In this document: positions 40,863 to 50,663 of the stretch, one piece after another | How positions within the stretch are numbered: the first letter of the stretch is position 1 | Layout: every line of letters begins with the position of its first letter | Assembly (NCBI GenBank): GCA_025558095.1 | Contig: JAIVFI010000021.1 | Location: 62,001-126,000 of the forward strand | Length of the DNA stretch: 64,000 bases | Direction of reading: 5' to 3' | Source of the DNA: Hyaloraphidium curvatum SAG 235-1 | Lineage: Eukaryota > Fungi > Monoblepharomycota | The notes under the pieces: generated by a model | Told to the model about the DNA's origin: nothing | Database searches by the model: none | Seen by the model: the letters and a program-made list of their open reading frames with translations, nothing else | Position numbers and translations under genes: made by a program

Positions 40863-42587
40863 ATGTCCGAGCACCGCTACCCCACGCGGTCGCGGGCCAA
40901 GCTCCTCCGCGCCGCCTCTCCCGCCCCCGCCGCGGCCCCTCCGCCGCCCCCTTTGGAGCCCGGCCCGCCGTTCGGCACGCTCTCCGTCCTCCCCGCCGAG
41001 CTGCTGCACCGCGTGCTCGCCTTCCTCCCGCCCTCATCGACCTACCTCGACCTCCGCCTGGCTTCCCGCGCCCTCCGCGCCCTCGCCGTCGCGCACCTCG
41101 AATCGCGCTGGCGGTCCTCGCTGGCCTCGCCCGACCCGACCGTGCTCCCCGACGACCTGCGCGAGATCCAGGCCGTCGCACGCCTGCATGCGGTGCACGC
41201 ACGGCACTGGGCCTCGCCCAACCCCGTCACGCACCGCACCGAGACGGGGGGCTACGGCACGGATCCCCTGGCCGACTGCGGACCCGCACCCCGGCCGGAC
41301 GTGACCCATCCCCCCGTCGCCGCCGCCATCCTGAGAAAATGCGGGTTCCAGCCGGAGGCCCCGGGCGGCGTGGGCATGCTCGTGGAGCTCGCGGCGCGGC
41401 TGTACGCGACCGCGTGGCACCACACCGAGCAGGGCTACAGCGGCACCCTCGCAAGGTCGAGGTACAGGGACAGGGCGATGGCGCTGGTGGGCGAGTTCGA
41501 CGGGTGCTTCGGGAGGAGGGGGATGCGGGCGCTGCTGGAGCTGGCGAGGCCGATGTGGGCGCCCGAGGGGAGCGGGTACGGCAGGAGGAGGGACCAGGAC
41601 GCCGCGTCTGCCTTGGTCGGGTTCCTGGGGCGGTTTCCCAAGTTTGTGGCGGATGCACAGGGGCTGGAGGCCGTGCTGCGCGGGTGCACGGGTTCGGGGT
41701 TCACCGCGAACCAGCTGTGGCTCACCCTGGCGGGCGTGCAGCGGTGGTCTCCGGAGGGCAGCGCGACGCATTTCGCACGCATGCTGGCCGACGCACCCGC
41801 CGTGGGGCCCGAGGTCGTCTCGCGCATCGTGCAGCAGACGGTGGGCGCCAAGCGCGCCGGGATCCACTCGACCGTGACCACGGGCGAGGACTGCGCCCTG
41901 TTCGCCGCCGCGAGAGACGCGCTCGCGGGCTTCGCAACCCGCGCCAACTTCCCCGGCGAGGGCGGGCTCGTCCGCCTCTCCCACATCGCGATGCTCGTCT
42001 CGGACACGGGGGCCGGGTTCCGCCGCCCCGGGCTGGGCATGGAGCGGTTCGCGGAAATGTTCGCCGAGATCGTAGCGCCCTGCCTCGACGGCGAGCCCGT
42101 TGAAGAGGCGGCGGAGGAGCTGCGGAGGTGCACGGCCGCGGTGAGGGAGATCCTCCACGGGACGGGGGGCCGCGTCGCGCCGCGGGTGCTCGGCGGGGCC
42201 GTCAGGGCCTACGGGAGCTTCGCCGCCAGGCTGCTCGACATCTTCGCCGCCCTCCCCCCGCCCGATCCGGACGTCCCCGCGCGGGGCGTCGCCCGCTTCC
42301 GCCCCGCGGACCTCTTCCCCGCCGCCGCCTTCACCTCCGACGCCATCTTCCATACCGTCTCCCAGACCGACGCCTGGCCCGCCCTCGCGGACCTGTGGCG
42401 GGGCAACCGCCCCGGCGGGGGCGCGTGGTCGCGCCCCGATTTCGGCACCTGGCGGGCGCAGGTGATGGACCTGGCCCCCGAGGTCAGGAAGGAGGTGAGG
42501 AGGAGGCTGCCGCTGCTGCAGGCGGCGCTGATGGGGGAGGAGCCGAGGGTCAGGGCGGTGGCGCAGGGGAGGAGGGGCAGGAGGTGA
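40863..42587 (+). CDS. F-box-like protein (paralog 2 of head-to-head pair)
   Basis: TLSVLPAELLHRVLAFL...YLDLRLASRALR; DDLREIQA and WASPNPVTH shared with paralog 1. Confidence 0.75.
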   Translation: MSEHRYPTRSRAKLLRAASPAPAAAPPPPPLEPGPPFGTLSVLPAELLHRVLAFLPPSSTYLDLRLASRALRALAVAHLESRWRSSLASPDPTVLPDDLREIQAVARLHAVHARHWASPNPVTHRTETGGYGTDPLADCGPAPRPDVTHPPVAAAILRKCGFQPEAPGGVGMLVELAARLYATAWHHTEQGYSGTLARSRYRDRAMALVGEFDGCFGRRGMRALLELARPMWAPEGSGYGRRRDQDAASALVGFLGRFPKFVADAQGLEAVLRGCTGSGFTANQLWLTLAGVQRWSPEGSATHFARMLADAPAVGPEVVSRIVQQTVGAKRAGIHSTVTTGEDCALFAAARDALAGFATRANFPGEGGLVRLSHIAMLVSDTGAGFRRPGLGMERFAEMFAEIVAPCLDGEPVEEAAEELRRCTAAVREILHGTGGRVAPRVLGGAVRAYGSFAARLLDIFAALPPPDPDVPARGVARFRPADLFPAAAFTSDAIFHTVSQTDAWPALADLWRGNRPGGGAWSRPDFGTWRAQVMDLAPEVRKEVRRRLPLLQAALMGEEPRVRAVAQGRRGRR

Positions 42588-42891
42588 TCTTCAAGGAGGG
42601 GGATGGTTGGTTGATGGAGTGGCGTTGGGCTTTCGACTGGGGGGATAGAGCGATGGATCACTGGGAGATCCACGGACAATGGTGGCACGCGACCATACCC
42701 ACAGATAATGAAATACAATCTTTCTTGAGTCCCGAGTGAGCGATCGGTGCTTGTTGCGGTGCCAGCATCGGAGCTGTGTCCGGCGGGGCTTGGAGCGTGC
42801 GCCGCCGCAGCGCCCCACTCGCAAGATCCCTTCCACCCCCCTGTCCTCAGCAACGTTTAAGAGCCCACCGCGGTCCTTTCCAAACACCGCG

Positions 42892-45431
42892 ATGGCCGGC
42901 TCATCTTCCCGGACTGTGTTTAGCGGCGCGCCGCCGCCCGCGCCGCGGCTGCTGCCCGTGCTCGGGCTGCTGCTCGCGGCGCTCGCCGGCCTCGCGGCGG
43001 CCCAGCAGGTCGCCCCGGCAGACGCGGACGCCTTCTCCCGGCCGTACTACCTCGCCGTGGCCGCGCGCGCGCAGACCGCCCGCCGCGCGGGGCAGTCGTT
43101 CGCCGCCGCCGCCGCCCGCGAGACCTTTTCGGTGCGCACGGCGGGCGACCCGCGCGAGGCGCTCAAGGGCCTCGAGGCGCTCGGCTGCGACGTGCTCGGC
43201 ACCGTGGCCAACCTGGCCGACCAGTTCGCCGTCGAGTGCCCCGCGGGCATGCTGCAGAGGCGGGACGGCGCGGCGCCGGCGGGCATCGCGGAGATGGAGC
43301 TGCAGGTGCCCGAACAGCGCCTGTTCAGGCGGCGGCCCGTGCCCGAGAAGGACCAGTCGCGCTTCGATGCGCTGTCGGACGAGTGGAAGGAGCACCTGCG
43401 CGGGCGGATCGAGGAGATGGAGCGGGACGCGGCGCCGGTGCCTGCCGAGCGCCTCGCGAAAAGGACGGTGCTCTCGTCGGCGCAGGTGCAGGATGCGTGG
43501 ACGACGCTGGGGATCTCGGACCCGGGAATCAGGAGGCAATGGCATATCGTGCGTATCCCTTCGAACTCGCCTTCCTGTGCCTGCGGCTAACTGTCGCTCC
43601 TCCCTATGTGTTAGTACAACAACAACACGCCCGCGGCCGACATCAACGTCACGTCCGCCTGGGTCTCCGGCATCACCGGCACGGACTCGATCGTCTGCAT
43701 CATCGACGACGGCCTGGACAGCACCAACCCGGACCTCAAGGACAACTTCTACGTCGAGGGCTCGTGGGACTTCAACACCCCGTCGCAGGCCCCCCTCCCG
43801 CAGCCGCAGTCGGCAGAGGACAACCACGGCACGCGCTGCGCGGGCGAGGTGGCCGCGGTGCGCAACGACGTCTGCGGCGTGGGGGTGGCCTACGACGCCC
43901 GCGTCTCGGGCGTGCGCATCCTCTCGGGGCCGCTGACCAACGCCGACGAGGCCGCGGCGACAAACTACGAGTACCAGAAGAACCAGATCTACTCGTGCTC
44001 GTGGGGGCCGCCCGACGACGGGGAGAGCCTGGACAGGCCGACGTCGCTGTCGCAGAGGTCGTACATCGAGGCCGTGACAAACGGCCGCGGTGGCAAGGGG
44101 AACATCTACGTGTTTGCCGCTGGCAACGGAGGCGAGAAGTTCGACCACTGGTGGGTGGCCGGTTGCTTGCCGCTCTAGCTCGTCGAGCTAATGCCGACAT
44201 CACCCACAGCAACTTTGACGGCTTCGTCAACCAGATCTACACCATCGCCATCGCCTCGGTCGACTACATGAACCGCCACCCCTCGTACTCCGAGGCCTGC
44301 ACCGCGGTGCACGCCGTGGCCCCCTCCTCCCCCTCGCCCCAGTCGGGCCCCTCCATCTACACCTCGGACGCCATGCCCTCGCAGTGCACGGGCCAGCACA
44401 CGGGCACCTCGGCCTCGGCGCCGTTGGTCGCCGGCATCATGGCCCTGGCCCTGCAGGCCAACCCGGACCTGACCTGGCGCGACGCGCAGTACCTGATCGC
44501 CGAGACATCGGTCCCCGTCAACACCGCCGACGGCAGCTGGGACACCCTCGCCTCGGGCAAGCGATACTCGCCCAAGTACGGTTTCGGCCGCGTGGACGCC
44601 TTTGCGATGGTCGACACCGCGCGCAACTGGAAGAACGTCCCCGCGCAGACCTCGATCCCATACATCGGGCAGCAGGTCGGCAAGAGGATCCCGCACGGCG
44701 CGACCGGCGTCAGCGAGACCATCACCATCACCCCCGGCGCCGTCGCCGCGGCGCGCCTGGGGACGGTCGAGCACGTCCTCGTCTACGTGACGGTGACGCA
44801 CCCGACGCGCGGGCAGCTCAGCTACGAGATCGTTTCCCCCTCGGGCATCCGCTCGATCATCGGCGAGGCGCGGCCGTACGACGTCAGCTCCCAGGGCTTG
44901 TCCAACTGGACCTTCATGTCGCTCAAGTACTGGGGCGACCAGGCCGCGGGCGACTGGACCTTCACCATCCGTGACGAGATCGACGAGAGCAGGACTGGCG
45001 AGCTGGTCAGCTGGGGGCTGAAGATCTACGGCGCCCAGGGCGAGGGCGTCGTCTCGAGCGCCAGCACGCGGACGGCGGCCACCTCGTCGGGCTCGCTGAG
45101 CCGGACGACGACCAAGCGCGGCACCGTCATCGTGACCTCCGTCTCCAGCTCCGCCGCCGCGACGACCAAGAGCACCACGCGGAGCACGACCCGCAGCCGC
45201 ACGACCACCACCACCACCACGACCGAGGCCTCGCTGACCCCCACGCTGGCCGAGACCTCCACGACCACCAGCCGGACCACGCGGACGATCAACGTGACGA
45301 GCCCGATCGTGCCGACGACGGCGTCGCCGTCGCCGACGAGCAACAGGCCGAGCTCGTCGTCGGGGTCCAGGGCCGGGGTTGGGGGCGTGCTGCTGGCGGC
45401 GGGCGCCGCCGCGCTGGCTCTTGGGCTGTGA
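42892..45431 (+). CDS. Kexin/furin-like proprotein convertase (S8B + P domain) with Ser/Thr stalk and GPI-like tail, 3 exons
   Basis: Signal peptide, pro-domain ending AKR, IIDDG, HGTRCAGEV, FAAGNGG, HTGTSASAP, LTWRDAQ, P domain (VEHV..HPTRGQL..WGD..GDW). Confidence 0.92.
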
Positions 45432-45616
45432 GAGGCAGAGGAGAGGGGCGGGATGTGGTCTGTATCTGCTAGAATCTTTGTCATGGAGACGCATAGACTT
45501 GCACAGAATCGCACATGATGCTTCTGCGGCGTTCCAAGAGTCCGCGCCCAAAGATCATCCACTGCCGAGGGGCCTCGTGGTCCACTGCCGCCGGGCTAGT
45601 GCCACGTAGGAATCGT

Positions 45617-46122
45617 TCAGCGAGCTTTGATGATCCACTGCTTCTTGATTTCCTGCAGGACAAGCGAAACAACATCAGCGGGCAACCCGACTGACGGCGC
45701 CTCGCAGGCCCGCCTCCTTCCTCTTGGCCTTTTCCTCAGGCGTCATGCTGTCGTCCAGCTCCTTGTAGTCGATCCGCGAGCCGACGCGGAGGGTCCGGTC
45801 GTTGGCCAGCTGCTCGGCGAAGGTAGACGCGGCGCGTCGCCGGCGGCGGGCGGGATGCTCAGACCACGCGTCCTGGCGGCCGCCTGTGCCCCGTACCTTC
45901 TCGTACATCTTCCAGAGTCCGAGCGAGGCTCCGAAACCGACGGCGGCGAGGCTAAAGAGACGGCTTTAGACCTTCGAAGGGGCACCCGGCACGGTGAAGC
46001 CCCACAGAGCGGTGAGCTCCCAGTTCCTGTGCCCGAGGAGCGGCGTCAGCGGGACGGGGAGGAGGATAGAAAGCTTGTGAAACGTACTTGCGGAGGGCAC
46101 TGCGGGTGAGTATCCCAGGCAT
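45617..46122 (-). CDS. Small NDUFA4/COXFA4 (MLRQ/B12D)-like mitochondrial membrane protein, 5 exons
   Basis: Four phase-compatible GT-AG introns give MPGILTRSALRKNWELTALLAAVGFGASLGLWKMYEKLANDRTLRVGSRIDY...KKQWIIKAR*. Confidence 0.6.
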
Positions 46123-46560
46123 TTGAGCGGGTGTTGTTTGTAGCAGTTTCAACGGTGCCAAGTCTTTGATTGCTGACGTGGCACGCCTTCGATCCACCGG
46201 GCCATGACGACGCCTGCACTGGCGTTTGCCCTGACACAGTTTGCCATCTAATTCACCCGTGAAGATAAAGGCTCGCCGCCTTGGAAGGAAGCAGAAGCTC
46301 GCCTGCCACGGCATGTCTCACATCCGCTGCACCCGTGCATTGTCCCTTATCGCTGCAACGAATTCCGGCAACATCCATCTAGTTCTGCGCGCTCCTGAAT
46401 GCTTTCCCTCGAAGGGGATTGCGGAAAGGTATGCCCGACGGCCGTGGATCCAGACCAGCAACGACAGCGGCATACACAGCCAAACGGCATGCCTCCGACG
46501 GGATCACCCGCCGGAGCGCCAACGGTGCGCCCAGGGCCTTTCCGTCGCCACGCACGCCGC

Positions 46561-49143
46561 ATGACTCCCGCGATGCGCGCGCTGCGGCCCCGCGTGGGGC
46601 CCCTGCTAGCCATCGCGGTCCTGTGCGCCGCGGTCCCTGTCGCGTACGCGATTTCGGGACTTCCCGCAGGGCTGGCGTCCCAGCTGGTTTCTTCCGAGAC
46701 CACCGTCGTCGATGTTTGTACGATTGACTCTGTAAGGGGCTTCGTGGTCAAGAAGTCGGGCACGCTGCTGTTCTGGAACGGCACAGGCCTGTCGACCTCG
46801 CTCGACCTCCTCGCAAACTCGTTGGAGCCTCTCCTGGACTCGGGCGAAAGCGGCTTCCTCTCCTGTCTCGCGACTTCGAACACCGTCTTTACCTTCTACA
46901 CAAGTCCGTTGCCTCGCTTGCGAGGGTGGCATCTCTGCTAACCGCTGGCGGCATTCGCAGCTACCAAGCAATTTGCTCTCCTGACCAAGTGGACCTTCGA
47001 CAGTGCCACCGGCATCACCAATCCCGCTTCAGAGGTGCGGTTGCTGACCTTTCCGGGCGTCTCGCGGACGAACCGTAAGTATCTGCTGCGCCGTACCTCG
47101 AATTGCCACTAAGGGTTGTTCGTTCCAGACAATGGCGGCGCCATGGCCTGGGACGGCACCGCCATCGTCATCTCCCGCGGAGACGTAGCATCGTGCGACG
47201 CCGGGGACAGCGCCGGGTGCGCGCTGGTGCAGAGCCTCGATTCGCAGTGGGGCAAGATCCTCCGCGTGGATCAGGCGGGCAACGGGCTCCCCGACAACCC
47301 GTACTGGGATGGGAACGCATCTTCGGTGCGGAGCACGGTGTGGGCCGTGGGTCAGCGGAACCCGTGGACGATGACATTCGATCCCAACAACCCATCGGAT
47401 CTGTTCATCTTTGACGTCGGAACAGTAGGCGCTCTACTTCAGCTCACCTTGCATTCGATCTGACGGGGCACGGTGGATTTGCAGCGCGACAAGGAGTGCG
47501 TCAAGAGGCTGACCAAAGGCGGCCAGGGCAACTACCCGTGCCTCGAAGGCACCAAGGACATGGGCAAATGCAGCTCGATGCTCACGCCGGCCAACGCATC
47601 CGTCGTGGTGTACGAGTATGACCACGCCGGCGGCGCATCGATCATCGGTGGCGCGTTCATGTCCCCGTCGCAGTACGGGCCGCAGTTCGCCAACGCTGTG
47701 CTCTTTGGCGACTGCAGCAAGGGCATCCTGAAGCTTGCCGCTCCGGGGTTCTCCAGCGTCGGACCGGCCGGCTCGGAGTCGTGCCCTACGAGGATCAAGG
47801 TCGCACCTAACGGCAGGGTGTGGATCCTCACCTTGTTCGACGGGATTTGGGTTTGAGCAATGCCGAAAATCCAAGTTTCCCTCTCATCGTGCGTCTTTCC
47901 AGGAGGTGACAGGCCCGGCCTTCACGACAACGATGGTAAGGTAGCTCTCGCTTTTGCGTCCCGTGGAAGGAAGATTCCTCACCGACTGTCCACTGCAGAC
48001 GTCGACGACCTCTGTCTCAACCACGTCGCTGACTCCGATCACCTCCACCTCCGCGACCACGCTCACGTCCTCGACATCCCTGACATCTACATCGCAGACT
48101 ACGCAGTCGATGATTACGCCAACGACCTCCACCGCCACGCAAAGCGCCACGCGCACGACCACGATCGCCCGCTGCGTGATTCCCACCTCCCGCGGCACCG
48201 TGCCGCCCCTCGTCCCCCCATTCCGCGCCCTCTCCTGGGCTAGCAGCTCCTCCAACCCCGCATGGACGTGCCGCCTCGACAACAGCCTCCCCTGCATCCG
48301 CAACGGCCGCCTGGTGGGCAACCGCCGCGGCGCGGCGCAGCCGATCCGGATCGGAGGGAGGCGGTACTCGCGCGGCTTTGGAATCCGCGGCAGAAGCACC
48401 GTCTCCGTCGACCTGGGGCGGAGATGCGGCAGCCTGTCGGTCGGGTTCGGTCTGGATGACAGCACACCGACGCTGGTTCCCCAGCTCGTGTTTTTCGTCG
48501 TCGCGGACGGGCGGACAGTGTTCACCAGCATGCCGTGGGTCGCATGCGCTTTTAGTGATTGCCCTTCTCACGCCTTCTGCGCGCACGCCAGGCGGAACCG
48601 GAATCATGGCGTCAGGTTCATCACCGTGTCCCTCGTTGGCGTGCGCAACCTGCGCCTCGTCACCCGCCAGACCTCCCCCGGAGTGCATAACGCGGCCTGG
48701 GTGGAGCCCCTGCTCGCATGGCAAGTCGATGCCTCGTCAGCCGTATGCACAGACATTGACGCCTCCGACCCGCCAGTGGTCCCAACTCACTCTACCTCCC
48801 CACCATCGAGCTCTCTCACTTCGGCTTCAACGGGCGCACCGCCGAACCCGGCACCCGCGTTCGCTTCCGTGCCTCGGCGCGGGACTACCTCTCCCGCCCC
48901 ATCCCCTCCGGCGTCTTTGCATGGCAGCTCTCCGTGGGAACGTGCACCCGCGCGGGATGCTCGATCGCGGGCGGGATTGCACGTTCGTCGGGCGCGCCGA
49001 ACGCAACGTTCGTGCTGCCGAGGAGGCTGGGATGCATGTGGTACCTCGTGGAGGTCGAGGTCGGCGACGGGTGCGGCGGACGGAACAGGGCGGTTTCGAG
49101 CCTCTTGGTGCCGAGCAGGGAGGGCGTATGCAGCTCTTTATGA
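46561..49143 (+). CDS. Secreted glucose/sorbosone dehydrogenase (PQQ-type beta-propeller) + Thr-rich linker + NPCBM/NEW2 + Ig/PKD-like domain, multi-exon
   Basis: Signal peptide; WGKILRVDQAGNGLPDNPYW..VWAVGQRNPW..FIFDVG; NPCBM IRIGGRRYSRGFGI..GLDDS..VVADG; C-terminal VRFRASARD..FAWQL after a GC-AG intron at 48721-48776. Confidence 0.8.
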
Positions 49144-49248
49144 TGGATTAATTGCATTCTTTGTCATCGGTATCTCACGTCAATTGTCATTCATCCTCGG
49201 TCGACAACATTTCAGATATACTGATTTAGCACTCCGCGCAAGCGAACA

Positions 49249-50322
49249 TCAATCCTGATAGATCCGCCTCCAGCTCCTCTCACCACCCTGCTTCTCCACC
49301 TTCTGGAGCCAGTCACCCCAATCCCCCCAAAGCTGCTCCCAGGTCCGCCCCGTGATCCTGGCCGCCAGGTCGCGCGGCTGCCCCCTCGAATCCTTGAAGA
49401 AGGTCTCGATCCCGCACACCCTGTTGACCTCCTCCACGAAGCCCGGGTAGCGCCTGTCCAGGAAGCAGAAGAAGAGCGTGCAGCTCTCGTCCGTCCACTT
49501 GGTCGCGCGGACGTGCGACGAGGCCGGCAGGTGCCAGTGGTCCGGCGCGTATCCGAGGTTGGTCCGCATCCAGTCCGCCACACCCTCGATGCAGGACCCG
49601 GGCATGGTGCCGAAGCCGTCGTTCTGCCACGCGTGGGTGAACTCGTGCACGATCACGCCTGATGGCAAGGGAAGGGGGTCAGCCAAGCCCGGCGGGGAGG
49701 AAGAGGTGCACCGACCTGGGTAGTCGTCAGCGAGAGCTTCCAGCGACCCGCCGAAAGCGCCGCGGAGCAGTCCATTCAGGAACGATGTCGAGAAGTGCAG
49801 GTGCGAGGTCGTCTTGCGATCGTGCGCCGGGCCATAGGTCCACCCCACCCCGTCCGAGGGGTCCGCGAAGCAGACCATGGTCTTCCTCCCCGGGGGCCGG
49901 GCAACGTCTTCCGGCACGTGGTCGGGAGGGAGGCCGGCGTCGACTGCGGCAAAGAACTTCGAGTAGAGCTTTCTGACAACCTGGCACGACAGGTCGTGGA
50001 AGAACCGCGGGATGCTCCCGTAGCCCGCCGCGGAGCACATGTCCGGGATAATGCGCGCGGTCTCGGCGCGGGAGCAGTCGAGGTTGTGGAACACGTAGTC
50101 GACGTGGAGCGGGGCGTGGTGAGACGCGCCGGGGCCGAGGGAGCGCTTCCGCGGGGCAGCCGACGGCCCGTCGGCGGGGCAAGTGTCGTGAAAGGCGGTC
50201 TCGCTGCAGAAGGTGGCGGTTTTGACGCCGAATGCCGGTTCAGGTGCGCTCCCGAGTTGATTAATCATGGTGTATCCGTTGGCGTCGCGGGTGTGGGCGA
50301 CGCGGATCGCGGGGGCGGCCAT
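49249..50322 (-). CDS. BSP (basic secretory protein/PR-17) family HExxH metallopeptidase-like protein
   Basis: GVIVHEFTHAWQNDG..IEGVADWMR..FLDRRYPGFVEEVN..TGRTWEQLWGDW; one in-frame intron. Confidence 0.85.
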   Translation of the reverse strand: MAAPAIRVAHTRDANGYTMINQLGSAPEPAFGVKTATFCSETAFHDTCPADGPSAAPRKRSLGPGASHHAPLHVDYVFHNLDCSRAETARIIPDMCSAAGYGSIPRFFHDLSCQVVRKLYSKFFAAVDAGLPPDHVPEDVARPPGRKTMVCFADPSDGVGWTYGPAHDRKTTSHLHFSTSFLNGLLRGAFGGSLEALADDYPGRCTSSSPPGLADPLPLPSGVIVHEFTHAWQNDGFGTMPGSCIEGVADWMRTNLGYAPDHWHLPASSHVRATKWTDESCTLFFCFLDRRYPGFVEEVNRVCGIETFFKDSRGQPRDLAARITGRTWEQLWGDWGDWLQKVEKQGGERSWRRIYQD

Positions 50323-50663
50323 GGCGGAGAGCAGGGCTTCGAGAGCGCCGCTCGGCTGCCGAGCTCTTTGCGGGACTTCGGCGCGGTTGCGTGGAGCTCA
50401 GCTCCGGCGAGTGTTTATGGCGGTGCGCGTCCCCGCTCCGCCGCATGGATCCAGCACGGGCCTGTCACGCAACCTGAAGCGGCGTCCGGCCCGAAAAACT
50501 CCTGATGGATTGTGAATCTTCTTCTACAGACATGTCAGATTGAGCGCCGAAAGCCCGCTCGTTTGCAGCCCAGAGGGAAAGAGAGCGGGGATACCGGGGA
50601 TGATTTCGCCCGCGCCGGCGTGGGGCATCGAAATCGGATCGTCACGATGCAGCAGCCTCAGAA

